Source: Gammaproteobacteria bacterium Ga0077554
GTDB lineage: Bacteria; Pseudomonadota; Gammaproteobacteria; Ga0077554; Ga007554
NCBI GenBank assembly: GCA_001464585.1
Contig: LNFF01000031.1
Span: 1,094-65,093, forward strand
Length of the DNA stretch: 64,000 bases
Direction of reading: 5' to 3'
Made by a program: the position numbers and the translations under genes. Under the pieces are notes generated by a model that saw nothing but the letters and a program-made list of their open reading frames with translations, was not told the DNA's origin and ran no database searches. Positions 26,741-36,405 of this stretch are shown in pieces (the stretch's first letter is position 1; every line of letters begins with the position of its first letter).

Positions 26741-27393
26741 GCAAGCTGATCAGTGCCAATAAAACTCAGCACGGCTTTACGCTGATTGAACTGATGATCG
26801 CCTTAGCCATCTTTGCCGTGCTATCAGCGATGACCTACGGGGGATTGCGCGCGGTGCTGAATGCCCGCAACCATTCCGATCAGCAAGCCGAGCGCCTGGC
26901 GACATTGCAAACGGCATTGATGATTATGGGCCGCGACATCGAACAAGCCACACCACGCTCGATCCGGGATGTGGGCAGCGGTGGTCAACCGGCGATGATG
27001 GGTGGTGGCAACAATACGGCAAGTCTCACTGGCGCCATGCTGGAATTTACACGCACCGGCTGGCGCAATCCGGCCGGGCGTGCGCGCAGCAATTTGCAGC
27101 GCGTGGCGTATACAGTGCAAAACAAGCAACTCTTGCGCATGACATGGACGGCGCTCGATCAGGCGCCTAACCAGCTACCGCAAACGACGGTATTACTCGA
27201 CAAGGTTAATGGACTGGAGATTCGCTTTCTTGACCAGCAAATGCGCTGGCAATTGCTATGGCCACTCGCCACTACCGCTACTACCGCGCAAGTTGTTTTA
27301 CCGCGCGCGGTTGAAGTCAGTATTGACGTTGAAGGCTGGGGACGTATTCCGCGTTTGTTTGGCGTTGCGGGCACGGGCGGAAAAGCAGGATGA
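26737..27393 (+). CDS. gspJ: Type II secretion minor pseudopilin GspJ
   Basis: It has QHG|FTLIELMIALAIFAVL and is 218 aa long. Confidence 0.88.
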   Translation: MSKLISANKTQHGFTLIELMIALAIFAVLSAMTYGGLRAVLNARNHSDQQAERLATLQTALMIMGRDIEQATPRSIRDVGSGGQPAMMGGGNNTASLTGAMLEFTRTGWRNPAGRARSNLQRVAYTVQNKQLLRMTWTALDQAPNQLPQTTVLLDKVNGLEIRFLDQQMRWQLLWPLATTATTAQVVLPRAVEVSIDVEGWGRIPRLFGVAGTGGKAG

Positions 27394-28325
27394 ATGGGGC
27401 ACGAAACGCATCACAATCGGGCGTCGCACTCATTACCGCGCTACTGGTGGTTGCCATTGTCACAGTGATTGCAACGGGTATGGCCACCCGCCAGCAACTG
27501 GATATCCGGCGCAGCAGCAACGTACTGGACCGCGATCAAGCGTATATGCTGGCATTGGGCGTGGAAAGCTGGGGTAGAAGTATTTTGATACAGGATCGCC
27601 GTGAGAATACCGTAGATAATTTATCGGAGGTGTGGGCTACCGTGCTACCCCCCTTGAGTGTAGAAGGTGGCAATGTCGCAGGACACATTGAAGATATGCA
27701 AGGACGATTCAACATCAACAACCTCGTCAAAGACGGCAAACCCAGCCCCATTGATGTAAAGCGCTTTGAACGCCTCTTGAAAGCCCTGGAATTAAACCCC
27801 AATCTGTCCGAAGCCGTAATCGACTGGATTGATAGCGACAGCGAAACCATGCCAGGGAATGGCGCGGAAGACGGCGAGTACATGGGACACACTCCCCCGT
27901 ACAGAACCGCCAATAACATAATTAACAGTGTCAGCGAGCTACGTCTGGTCAAGGGATTCACCAAAGAGGCGGTTGCGCGCCTGGAACCCTTTATCAGCGC
28001 ATTACCTGCCTACACGCCTATTAATATTAATACCGCGCGCCCCGAAATATTAATGACATTGGCCGATGATTTAACCAAAACCGATGCTGAGGCGATGATA
28101 GAAGACCGTGGCACAAAAGGTTATACAGACATCCAGAAATTCATTACCAGTCCTACGGTAAAAAGCCGCAACATTCCTGCTGAGGGCCTGGGTATCAACA
28201 GCGATTATTTTATAGTGGATGCCGCATCACGTTTCGGTAAAGGACAAGTGCGATTATTGGGCTTGATTCACCGAACGGCCGATAACAAAGCGCAAACGCT
28301 GGTTCGTGCACAAGGAGTTTACTGA
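27390..28325 (+). CDS. gspK: Type II secretion minor pseudopilin GspK
   Basis: The 311-aa ORF has an N-terminal hydrophobic helix without the +5 Glu (GVALITALLVVAIV). The motifs ...DMQGRFNINNL... and a helix-hairpin-helix-like region are typical of GspK. Confidence 0.88.
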   Translation: MNGARNASQSGVALITALLVVAIVTVIATGMATRQQLDIRRSSNVLDRDQAYMLALGVESWGRSILIQDRRENTVDNLSEVWATVLPPLSVEGGNVAGHIEDMQGRFNINNLVKDGKPSPIDVKRFERLLKALELNPNLSEAVIDWIDSDSETMPGNGAEDGEYMGHTPPYRTANNIINSVSELRLVKGFTKEAVARLEPFISALPAYTPININTARPEILMTLADDLTKTDAEAMIEDRGTKGYTDIQKFITSPTVKSRNIPAEGLGINSDYFIVDAASRFGKGQVRLLGLIHRTADNKAQTLVRAQGVY

Positions 28326-28327
28326 CA

Positions 28328-29605
28328 ATGCGCGCAAAATTATTTATTTATTTACAGTCGGACTCGTCTGATGCCGCCAGTTGGGTGCGTGTAGAAGAGC
28401 CTGCGCGCCAAAGCCTGAACGTGAGCCATGGGACATTACAGGACATTGCCACCGTGAGTGCAGGATGCCGTATTATTGTGCTGATTCCTGGCGCAGATGT
28501 TTTACTCGCCATCGCCAATATACCTGCGGGTAACCGTCAGCGCGCCATGAATGCGATTCCCTATGCGCTTGAAGATCAACTGGCAACCGATGTTGATACC
28601 CTGCATTTTGCGCTGGGTGAGCGAATTGATAATATCCGCATTCACGCTGCCGCAGTTGACCGTACACATATGGATGGTTGGTTAGAGAAGCTGCGTCAAG
28701 CCCATATCGAACCCGATGTTATCACTTCCGAAATTCTTGCCCTGCCCTGGTCGGGATCAGGAACAGAATCAAGATTAGCCACCTCATGGGTGATTATCGT
28801 CACTGGTAATCAGGCCCTGGTGCGTACCGGCCCACAGACAGGCTGGGTAGCCGACATCGACAATCTTGATGCGTTATTACGCATTGCCTTACATGAATCC
28901 AACGGGACGAAACCCGAACAGGTGCGCGTAATTAACTGTGCTCCCGCCGCTGCTTTTTCTGGGTTGCTGGCTGACACAGGCATTACAGTAAATATTGAGC
29001 AAAGCGATGAAGCGGTGTTGTCGGTACTGGGCCGTGGTTACAATGAAAAAAATGCCATAAATTTGCTGCAAGGTTCTTATAATCGCCGCGAACAGTTGGG
29101 CAAATTGTGGAAACCCTGGCGCCCTGCCCTGATCATGCTGGTATTCCTGCTGATGATACAAAGCGGCATGACCATTGCGGATTACATGCGCCTTAAAACC
29201 GAAAGCGATGCACTTACCCAACAGATCGCACAGACTTATTTACGTACTTTCCCGGATGCGCGCAAAGTCGTAAACCCACGTGCGCAAATGGAACAACGCT
29301 TAAAGGAATTACGCGGTGGTGATATTGAAACGGGTGGATTTATTTCTTTACTGGGCAGCATTGGACAGCCTTTAAAAGAAACACCGGGGCTCGAAATACA
29401 GCGCATCAATTACACCGAAGGAAAGATTGATCTTGCCTTATCCATTGGCGATCTGCAAAGCCTCGATCAACTCAAACAGCGCCTTGCGACCCAAGGCAGA
29501 GTAACTGTTAATATCGAGTCAGCGGCCAGCAGTGACAACAAGGTAGAAGCCCGGCTGCAAATCACAGGGCAAATCCCCGGGCAAATCAAGGATAAAGCCT
29601 CATGA
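28328..29605 (+). CDS. gspL: Type II secretion protein GspL
   Basis: The 425-aa ORF has a cytoplasmic actin-like N-domain, a single TM helix (ALIMLVFLLMIQSGMTI) and a periplasmic domain. Its position in the operon fits. Confidence 0.85.
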   Translation: MRAKLFIYLQSDSSDAASWVRVEEPARQSLNVSHGTLQDIATVSAGCRIIVLIPGADVLLAIANIPAGNRQRAMNAIPYALEDQLATDVDTLHFALGERIDNIRIHAAAVDRTHMDGWLEKLRQAHIEPDVITSEILALPWSGSGTESRLATSWVIIVTGNQALVRTGPQTGWVADIDNLDALLRIALHESNGTKPEQVRVINCAPAAAFSGLLADTGITVNIEQSDEAVLSVLGRGYNEKNAINLLQGSYNRREQLGKLWKPWRPALIMLVFLLMIQSGMTIADYMRLKTESDALTQQIAQTYLRTFPDARKVVNPRAQMEQRLKELRGGDIETGGFISLLGSIGQPLKETPGLEIQRINYTEGKIDLALSIGDLQSLDQLKQRLATQGRVTVNIESAASSDNKVEARLQITGQIPGQIKDKAS

Positions 29606-30111
29606 AATCATCCTTTACAAACATGATGGGGAATCTCAATCCGCGCGAGCGTAATGCCCTGATCGTTGGCGGCATCATTCTCGGCGTGTTATTGATTTAC
29701 ACCGTATTGTGGAAACCCTTCAGCAACAAGGTTGAAAAACTCGAACACTCTGTTCAGGAACAACGCGCCTTGCAACAATGGATCAATACCGCTTCAGCCG
29801 AAGCGCAACGCTTGCGCGCCACAAAAAATACTAACTCTGCGATGCAAAATACAGCAGGGCAATCTTTGCTTTCGCTGGTGGATCAAGCCGCCAAACAAGA
29901 CCGCCTGGGCACTGCGCTGAAACGTATCGAACCGGAAGGCGCCGCCAAAGTGCGTGTATGGATAGAGCAGGCGCCTTTTGATGATGTGGTGTTATGGATG
30001 GGCAATCTGAAAGACACTTATGGCGTTCAGGTCACTAATGTGAGTATTGACCGGCAAGGCACCTCTGCACTGGTGAATGCGCGCATCACGGTTGAGGGAG
30101 GCGCGCCATGA
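29602..30111 (+). CDS. gspM: Type II secretion protein GspM
   Basis: The 169-aa bitopic protein (LNPRERNALIVGGIILGVLLIY) follows gspL with a 4-nt overlap. Confidence 0.85.
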   Translation: MKSSFTNMMGNLNPRERNALIVGGIILGVLLIYTVLWKPFSNKVEKLEHSVQEQRALQQWINTASAEAQRLRATKNTNSAMQNTAGQSLLSLVDQAAKQDRLGTALKRIEPEGAAKVRVWIEQAPFDDVVLWMGNLKDTYGVQVTNVSIDRQGTSALVNARITVEGGAP

Positions 30112-30947
30112 AATTATTTCCAGCAAAGCTATCATCACCCAGCCTGGCCATGCCCTCCTTTGCCCACAGTGGGCGCTATATTATTTTTGCGCTGTTGGCT
30201 TACATAATATTTTTGTGCGTTATGCTGCCTGCGGAACGCGGCTATAGCTTGATTAAAGAAAAAGTAGCGCCATTACGTTTATATCAACTGCATGGATCAG
30301 TATGGTCTGGCAGCGCTGGCATGGCCGTGACAGGTACACGGCAAATGCAGAATATCCACTGGACGCTGCATCCATGGATGTTGTTATTAGGGCGCATCGA
30401 AGCTTCCGTGGAATTCGATGAAGCCGGTCGCCACACCCAAACAGTGCTTGGCCGCACCGTGGGCGGCACAATTTATCTTGCCGATGTAAAAACACAACTG
30501 CCACCCACCGCCCTGGAAAATGCCCTGAATATTCCAGGATCAGGCCTTGATGGCGCCGTGGATGTCGCCTTATCCGATGTGAAATTTACTAACGGAAAAT
30601 TAACCACGCTGGATGGCACGCTCTCATGGAATAATGCCGGCCTGTTTGTTACCCGCACTTCGCCCAAAACAAAACTCGGCAGTTTCGTCATGACCCTCAC
30701 CACCAAGAGCGGCGGCACCGGCAACGAAATCAACGGCGTACTCAAGGATAATCCCGCCAGCCCCCTGCGCGCTGACGGCATCTTGCGCATCAAGCCAGAC
30801 GGCACGTATCAATTCACTGGCTCACTTGCATTGCGGGACGCCAGCCGCGCCGACCTGGTGCAAGCATTGCGTCTGTTCGGTAGCCCAGGGCCAGGCGGCA
30901 AAATCCCGCTTTCCGCAGCGGGCACCGTTCCTGTGCTCTCGTTCTAA
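30108..30947 (+). CDS. gspN: Type II secretion protein GspN
   Basis: The 279-aa ORF has an N-terminal TM helix and is the last gene of the operon. Its size and position are typical of GspN. Confidence 0.75.
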   Translation: MKLFPAKLSSPSLAMPSFAHSGRYIIFALLAYIIFLCVMLPAERGYSLIKEKVAPLRLYQLHGSVWSGSAGMAVTGTRQMQNIHWTLHPWMLLLGRIEASVEFDEAGRHTQTVLGRTVGGTIYLADVKTQLPPTALENALNIPGSGLDGAVDVALSDVKFTNGKLTTLDGTLSWNNAGLFVTRTSPKTKLGSFVMTLTTKSGGTGNEINGVLKDNPASPLRADGILRIKPDGTYQFTGSLALRDASRADLVQALRLFGSPGPGGKIPLSAAGTVPVLSF

Positions 30948-31080
30948 ATCCTATAACCTCTTCATTCTGCCATTAAATACATTTCATTTTGCCTTATCCG
31001 GCAGTAATTGCGTAAAATAGCCCGGTAATCTGTTTTATAATAGACCGAAGTATTAATTTTTAGCCAAACAGCAGGTAACA

Positions 31081-31851
31081 GTGAAACAATCCACCAGGGA
31101 AGATTTCAAAAAAAACACTCACGGAAAAGACTCGGCACTGGACATCAAAGGATCGGTCTTCACGCTGACCGTGCTGTGCCTAAAAAGCACGGACAATGCG
31201 GCGATAGAGCTTGCCCTGCACGAACACCTGTCGCGGGCGCCGCGTTTTTTTCATAATGCGCCGGTGGTTATTGATGTAAAAGCGCTGCCACATGACGTTA
31301 GCGGGGACGCCGCGACTACCCTGGATTTTGCATTACTGACGGCGTTGTTGCGCAAACATAACTTGGTTCCCGTGGGTGTGCGTCATGCCGCCCCCGAACA
31401 ACTTGATGGTGTCATTGCCGCTGGTCTTGCGATACTGCAAGGGGGCACCAAACCTGAGCCTGTCGAACGCGCTGTAGCGCCCACTACACGAGCAAGTGCC
31501 GCGCCTCCGCCTCAAACCACCACGACAAAAATCGTGCGTCAGCCAGTGCGCTCCGGACAACAAATCTATGCGAAAGGCGGTGACCTGATATTACTGGCCC
31601 CCGTCAATGCCGGCGCAGAAGTGCTGGCCGATGGCAACATCCACATCTACGCACCGTTACGGGGCCGCGCCCTGGCGGGTGTAACCGGTGACATGAACGC
31701 ACGTATTTTCACGCATTCACTGGAAGCCGAACTGGTATCCGTGGCCGGGCATTACCGTATTTTTGAGCAGCAACCGGCAGCAGACGTACACGGTAAATCC
31801 GTGCAAATATATCTGGAAAATGAGCGCCTCATCATCACGCCATTAATTTAA
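31081..31851 (+). CDS. minC: Septum site-determining protein MinC
   Basis: The C-terminal beta-helix region (VRSGQQIYAKGGDLILLAPVNAGAEVLADGNIHIY) is present. It has a GTG start and lies upstream of minD and minE. Confidence 0.9.
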   Translation: MKQSTREDFKKNTHGKDSALDIKGSVFTLTVLCLKSTDNAAIELALHEHLSRAPRFFHNAPVVIDVKALPHDVSGDAATTLDFALLTALLRKHNLVPVGVRHAAPEQLDGVIAAGLAILQGGTKPEPVERAVAPTTRASAAPPPQTTTTKIVRQPVRSGQQIYAKGGDLILLAPVNAGAEVLADGNIHIYAPLRGRALAGVTGDMNARIFTHSLEAELVSVAGHYRIFEQQPAADVHGKSVQIYLENERLIITPLI

Positions 31852-31884
31852 CAACTTATTTTTTTATCATCCAAGGAGCACACA

Positions 31885-32694
31885 TTGACCAAAGTTATCG
31901 TCGTTACTTCGGGCAAAGGCGGGGTAGGCAAAACTACCAGCAGCTCCAGCTTTGCCAGTGGACTCGCCTTGCGTGGCCACAAAACTGCCGTGATTGATTT
32001 TGATGTTGGCTTACGCAACCTCGATCTTATTATGGGCTGTGAGCGCCGCGTGGTATATGATTTTGTCAACGTCATCAACGGCGAATCCACACTGAAACAA
32101 GCACTCATCAAAGACAAACACTGCGACAACCTGTTTGTGTTACCCGCCTCACAAACGCGCGATAAGGATGCGCTGGATACCGCAAGCGTGGGCCGTGTCA
32201 TCAACGAATTGCGTGACAGTTTTGATTATATTGTTTGCGACTCACCCGCAGGCATCGAGAAAGGCGCGCTTATGGCGCTGTATTACGCCGATGAAGCGCT
32301 GATCGTCACCAACCCGGAAGTATCTTCGGTACGTGACTCCGACCGCATTCTCGGCATTCTCGCCGCCAAATCAAAACGTGCCGAAGATGGCGCCGAACCA
32401 ATTAAAGAACACCTGCTAATCACGCGTTATTCGCCACGCCGCGCCGCCGCAGGCGAAATGCTCAGCGTCACCGACGTGCAGGAAATTCTCAGCATTCCCC
32501 TGCTCGGCGTCATTCCCGAAACCGAAGCCGTGTTACAGGCATCCAACGCCGGTGTACCAGTAATTCATGATATAGAAAGTAACGCGGGTCAGGCGTATCG
32601 CGATGTAGTCGCGCGCTTTCTCGGTGAAGATGTGCCGATGCGCTTCTTGACCGCCGACAAAAAAGGCTTCTTCAGCCGCTTATTTGGAGCCTGA
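31885..32694 (+). CDS. minD: Septum site-determining ATPase MinD
   Basis: It has the deviant Walker A (VVTSGKGGVGKTT) and a C-terminal amphipathic helix (KKGFFSRLFG). The start is TTG. Confidence 0.97.
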   Translation: MTKVIVVTSGKGGVGKTTSSSSFASGLALRGHKTAVIDFDVGLRNLDLIMGCERRVVYDFVNVINGESTLKQALIKDKHCDNLFVLPASQTRDKDALDTASVGRVINELRDSFDYIVCDSPAGIEKGALMALYYADEALIVTNPEVSSVRDSDRILGILAAKSKRAEDGAEPIKEHLLITRYSPRRAAAGEMLSVTDVQEILSIPLLGVIPETEAVLQASNAGVPVIHDIESNAGQAYRDVVARFLGEDVPMRFLTADKKGFFSRLFGA

Positions 32695-32697
32695 GCC

Positions 32698-32976
32698 ATG
32701 TCATTTCTTGATTATCTGCTTGGCACACGCAAGAAAACCGCCACTGTCGCCAAAGACCGTTTGCAAATCATTCTCGCCCGCGAGCGCGTAGACCGCAAAG
32801 GCCCCGACTTTTTGCCAGAGTTGCGCCAGGAATTACTGCAAGTGATTTCAAAATACGTAAAGATTGACCTTGATCAAGTCAAAGTTAATCTTGAGCACGA
32901 TGGAAACTTTGAAGTGCTGGAGTTAAATATTGTATTGCCTGAATCAATCAACACCGTAAAAAAAACCGCGCCTTAA
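32698..32976 (+). CDS. minE: Cell-division topological specificity factor MinE
   Basis: [28 protein letters not shown]... is the canonical MinE N-terminus. Confidence 0.95.
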   Translation: MSFLDYLLGTRKKTATVAKDRLQIILARERVDRKGPDFLPELRQELLQVISKYVKIDLDQVKVNLEHDGNFEVLELNIVLPESINTVKKTAP

Positions 32977-33000
32977 ATTACGGAAATCATTGATAATCGC

Positions 33001-33390
33001 TTATCCACCAAAAATCAGTGTCGCCAACCTGCGGCCAGGGAAAAGCGCCAGCAGCCCTGCAATGGTCAGCCCGAGAAAGGTGCTGACCATTGCTTTGCGA
33101 TGTTCAGTAACCCTGCCGTTACGAATAAAATAGACTGCGTATCCTAGCGAGAACAACGTCCATACTGATAGCAAATGAATCCAGCTAAATCCTGCAATCC
33201 CGCCTATTTCCTGTATCCAGAAAGAACTGCCTGCAGCAACAAACATCACTACCACCCAGACGCGCCCCAAGCTACGGTGCAGCACGGTTCCTTTCCTCAG
33301 GAAAAGAACTGTTATACCTACAATCAATGCTGCAATGGCTGCATACAAATGAATTATGATCTGTGGTGACATGGGGCTACTCATTGCCAT
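33001..33390 (-). CDS. Small four-TM membrane protein, DUF2306-like
   Basis: The hydrophobic pattern with conserved His/Arg positions (HRSLGRVWVV...TEHRKAM) fits. It overlaps the upstream DUF4188 gene. Confidence 0.45.
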   Translation of the reverse strand: MAMSSPMSPQIIIHLYAAIAALIVGITVLFLRKGTVLHRSLGRVWVVVMFVAAGSSFWIQEIGGIAGFSWIHLLSVWTLFSLGYAVYFIRNGRVTEHRKAMVSTFLGLTIAGLLALFPGRRLATLIFGG

Positions 33391-33886
33391 GACCCCGATT
33401 CACAACAGGTGAATGTAACGTCAAACGCCCTTGCGCCGTTTCTCGCTTTCCCGTCGCAGCCACAAGTCGCGCCGCCGCGCCCAAGCCGTATGCAGGCATG
33501 TTGTTATATACCGTCTCGTACTGTCCGGCGCTCACTTTATAAGTCTCGTGCCAAATACCCACATCACCATTGCTGGCGATTTTCTTATTGAATGCCGCCC
33601 ATGCTGGCAAATGCGCTTTGCTCTTATCAAGAGCATAGGCTTCCAGATGCTCAACGCTGCGCCAATATTGCACCAGCAGCGTATTGGGCAATCCAAAGTG
33701 AGAATGCACGCCCAGCAATCCACTGTCAGGGTTTTGCAATAATTCCTTGAGCATCGGCGGCATTGCCATCGCAACGGGAAGCCATTGGTGAATCTTCCAG
33801 AATTTATTGACACGCATACCAATCAGAAACACCACAAAGTCACCTTCAATGTCAGCAGTCATACGCTGCGCAATAATATTAGACAT
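33377..33886 (-). CDS. DUF4188 domain protein
   Basis: FVVFLIGMRVNKFWKIHQWLPV...LVQYWRSVEHLEAYA...HLPAWAAFN...GIWHETYKV matches my recollection of DUF4188. Confidence 0.65.
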   Translation of the reverse strand: MSNIIAQRMTADIEGDFVVFLIGMRVNKFWKIHQWLPVAMAMPPMLKELLQNPDSGLLGVHSHFGLPNTLLVQYWRSVEHLEAYALDKSKAHLPAWAAFNKKIASNGDVGIWHETYKVSAGQYETVYNNMPAYGLGAAARLVAATGKRETAQGRLTLHSPVVNRGHGNE

Positions 33887-34460
33887 GCTGCGCTCCTGGT
33901 GATTTTAATGGAGGGCATTGATTAACGATAACGCGGGCATCCCGCCCCAACCGTTCCTGGTTTTCTTTAATGCAGGCTATCGCGGCATGCGTGGCTGCCA
34001 ACCCATAATGAATAGTGAACTTCATTCCTGCGGGCATCTCACGTTTGGCAAGATCTTCCAGTATTGCAAGCTCACGCTGGGATTCATCGAGCCGCTCTTG
34101 CAGCACTTCAGCCAGTCGCTGTGGCGACAACAAATGGGCAAAGAACATCAGCACCAGAAATTCAGAACGTAATTTTTCCCGTGGTGGGGTCTGGGTTAAC
34201 TCTGCAATGAATGTTTCCCGACCTGCCGCCGTAATACTAAACACCTTTTTGTCAGGGCGTTTTTCCTGCTGCTGGCGGTCATACGCCACCTTGCCTTCTT
34301 CAGTCAATTTTTCCAGTGCCGGATAAATAGAGCCGTACCCCGCTACAAAAAAATGGCTGAACGCCTCATCAAACAGCTTTTTGATGTCATAACCCGTCGC
34401 ATCCCCCAGACTCAGCGCGCCCAGACACAGCGTTTTAATGTCCACATACCCTCCGTTCAC
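33879..34460 (-). CDS. PadR-family transcriptional regulator
   Basis: It has a winged-helix motif (GDATGYDIKKLFDEAFSHFFVAGYGSIYPALEKLTEEGKV). It is the first gene of a three-gene overlapping operon. Confidence 0.85.
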   Translation of the reverse strand: MNGGYVDIKTLCLGALSLGDATGYDIKKLFDEAFSHFFVAGYGSIYPALEKLTEEGKVAYDRQQQEKRPDKKVFSITAAGRETFIAELTQTPPREKLRSEFLVLMFFAHLLSPQRLAEVLQERLDESQRELAILEDLAKREMPAGMKFTIHYGLAATHAAIACIKENQERLGRDARVIVNQCPPLKSPGAQHV

Positions 34461-34477
34461 AATATAACGTCACAAAT

Positions 34478-34512
34478 ATATATCTATACGATATATGCCG
34501 TCAAGATATATC
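34478..34512. promoter_or_regulatory. Candidate PadR operator (ATATATC/GATATAT palindrome plus a third half-site)
   Basis: atatatc (34478-34484), a tatac spacer, gatatat (34490-34496) and then gatatatc (34505-34512). These lie 18-52 bp upstream of the padR start. Confidence 0.3.
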
Positions 34513-34581
34513 ATCGAAAAATCCCCACAATCCGCATTCACAGAGTAAAATGCGCAGTCATTCAACAAGATAAAGTGCCCC

Positions 34582-35784
34582 ATGAACCTCCCTCCGCTAC
34601 GCCTCAAAAAGAACGAAGACCGCCGCCTGCGTGCCGGGCACCTGTGGGTGTTCAGCAATGAAGTAGACACCGCCAAAACCCCATTGAACGCCTTTGAAGC
34701 CGGGCAGCCGGTCGAGATTCAGGACAGCAAGGGCGAGGCCATCGGCAACGGTTATGTCAACCCGCATTCGTTGATCTGCGCCCGCCTGGTGAGCCGCGAT
34801 GTGGAGCATGTGCTGGGCAAGTCGTTGCTGGTGCATCGCCTTAACATGGCGCTGTCATTGCGTGAAAGACTGTTTGGCACGGACAAGCCCTATTACCGCC
34901 TGGCGTTTGGTGACAGCGACGGGTTGCCGGGGCTGGTGGTGGATCGTTTTGGTGATGTGTTAGTCGCGCAAATTACGACAGCAGGTATGGAACGCTGCAA
35001 AGCTGATGTGGTAACAGCCCTGGAGCAGGTGATAAAGCCCACGGCGATTCTATTTCGCAACGATACCAGCAGCCGTGCCATGGAAGGGTTGGAAAGTTAT
35101 GTGGAAACCGCGCTCGGCACGGTGCCGGAGCAGGTCATGCTGGAAGAAAACGGTGTGCGCTTCAACGTACCGTTGCTCAGCGGCCAGAAAACCGGCTGGT
35201 TTTACGATCACCGCCTCAACCGCGCACGCATGCAGCACTACGTGCAGGGCAAGCGCGTGCTGGATGTGTTCAGTTATATCGGCGGCTGGGGCATACAGGC
35301 AGCGACTGCGGGCGCGGCTCAAGTAATCTGCGTCGACAGCTCGGCGGCTGCACTGAGCCAGGTTCAGCAAAATGCCACACTCAACAATGTTGCCGAACGT
35401 GTGTCGATCATGGAAGGTGATGCCTTCGAAGTGCTCAAGGCATTGCGCGCTGACCACGAAAAATTCGACGTGGTGATTCTCGACCCACCCGCCTTCATTA
35501 AACGCAGCAAAGATATGCGCGCCGGGCTGGAAGCGTATCAACGTATCAATCAACAAGCCATGCAGGTGCTTGCCAAGGACGGCATTATAATCTCCGCCTC
35601 ATGCTCGTTTCATCTGCCGCGTGCTGGCTTGCGTGATGCGATGCTGCGCGCCAGCCGTCACATCGACCGCAACCTGCAAATTCTTGAGCAGGGCCATCAA
35701 GGGCCAGACCATCCCGTGCATCCGGCGATTTCCGAAACGGATTATCTGAAAATGTTCATTGGCCGGGTGGTGCCGAGCGCGTGA
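34582..35784 (+). CDS. rlmI: 23S rRNA (cytosine-C5) SAM-dependent methyltransferase, RlmI-like
   Basis: It has an N-terminal PUA-like region (LRLKKNEDRRLRAGHLWVFSNEV) and a class I methyltransferase core (VLDVFSYIGGWG...ILDPPAF). Confidence 0.8.
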   Translation: MNLPPLRLKKNEDRRLRAGHLWVFSNEVDTAKTPLNAFEAGQPVEIQDSKGEAIGNGYVNPHSLICARLVSRDVEHVLGKSLLVHRLNMALSLRERLFGTDKPYYRLAFGDSDGLPGLVVDRFGDVLVAQITTAGMERCKADVVTALEQVIKPTAILFRNDTSSRAMEGLESYVETALGTVPEQVMLEENGVRFNVPLLSGQKTGWFYDHRLNRARMQHYVQGKRVLDVFSYIGGWGIQAATAGAAQVICVDSSAAALSQVQQNATLNNVAERVSIMEGDAFEVLKALRADHEKFDVVILDPPAFIKRSKDMRAGLEAYQRINQQAMQVLAKDGIIISASCSFHLPRAGLRDAMLRASRHIDRNLQILEQGHQGPDHPVHPAISETDYLKMFIGRVVPSA

Positions 35785-35790
35785 TGGAAA

Positions 35791-36243
35791 TTACTGCGGC
35801 GCTTCGCCGCCACGCACCAACAGCACTGGCAGGGGTGAAAAACGCACAACACCCTCTGCAAGACTGCCAAAAATCATGTGGTCTAATCCGCGTCGGCCGT
35901 GCGTGCCCATCACAATTACATCGGCGCTCCACTGTTTGGCATCATCCACAATAATGCGCGAGGCGCGTTCGCCGTGAGCCTCAAGCAGCGCCTGTTCACA
36001 CTTCAAACCTGCTTGTGCGGCAAGCGTTGTGGCCTTGCCTAAAATGCGGTGGCCTTGCTGGCGAACCGCATCGCGCAATACGGCAATATCTATATAACCT
36101 TCAGTGTAAGGCAGGTATGTTTCTTCCATGACATGAATGAAACGCAGGTCAGCGTGTTGATCTGCGGCCAACTTGATAGCCTCTTGCATAGCGAAACCAG
36201 ATGTTTCGCTACCGTCTATCGGCACCAGGATGCGTTTATACAT
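35791..36243 (-). CDS. Universal stress protein (UspA family)
   Basis: MYKRILVPIDGSETS...VMGTHGRRGLDHMIFGSLAEGV is characteristic. The start was moved to ATG 36243. Confidence 0.88.
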   Translation of the reverse strand: MYKRILVPIDGSETSGFAMQEAIKLAADQHADLRFIHVMEETYLPYTEGYIDIAVLRDAVRQQGHRILGKATTLAAQAGLKCEQALLEAHGERASRIIVDDAKQWSADVIVMGTHGRRGLDHMIFGSLAEGVVRFSPLPVLLVRGGEAPQ

Positions 36244-36405
36244 GGGATTATCTCCATCATCATTGAGCATATTGCCACGACTTTACCGTGGGGTTTGGCA
36301 CTGAAGAATGTAACTTGTATTCTGTAAAATGCAAACAGATATTCACTGTGGCACAGGCCATCAATCCTGTAAACTATCATATACAATTTTTTTAAAAAGC
36401 CGCCA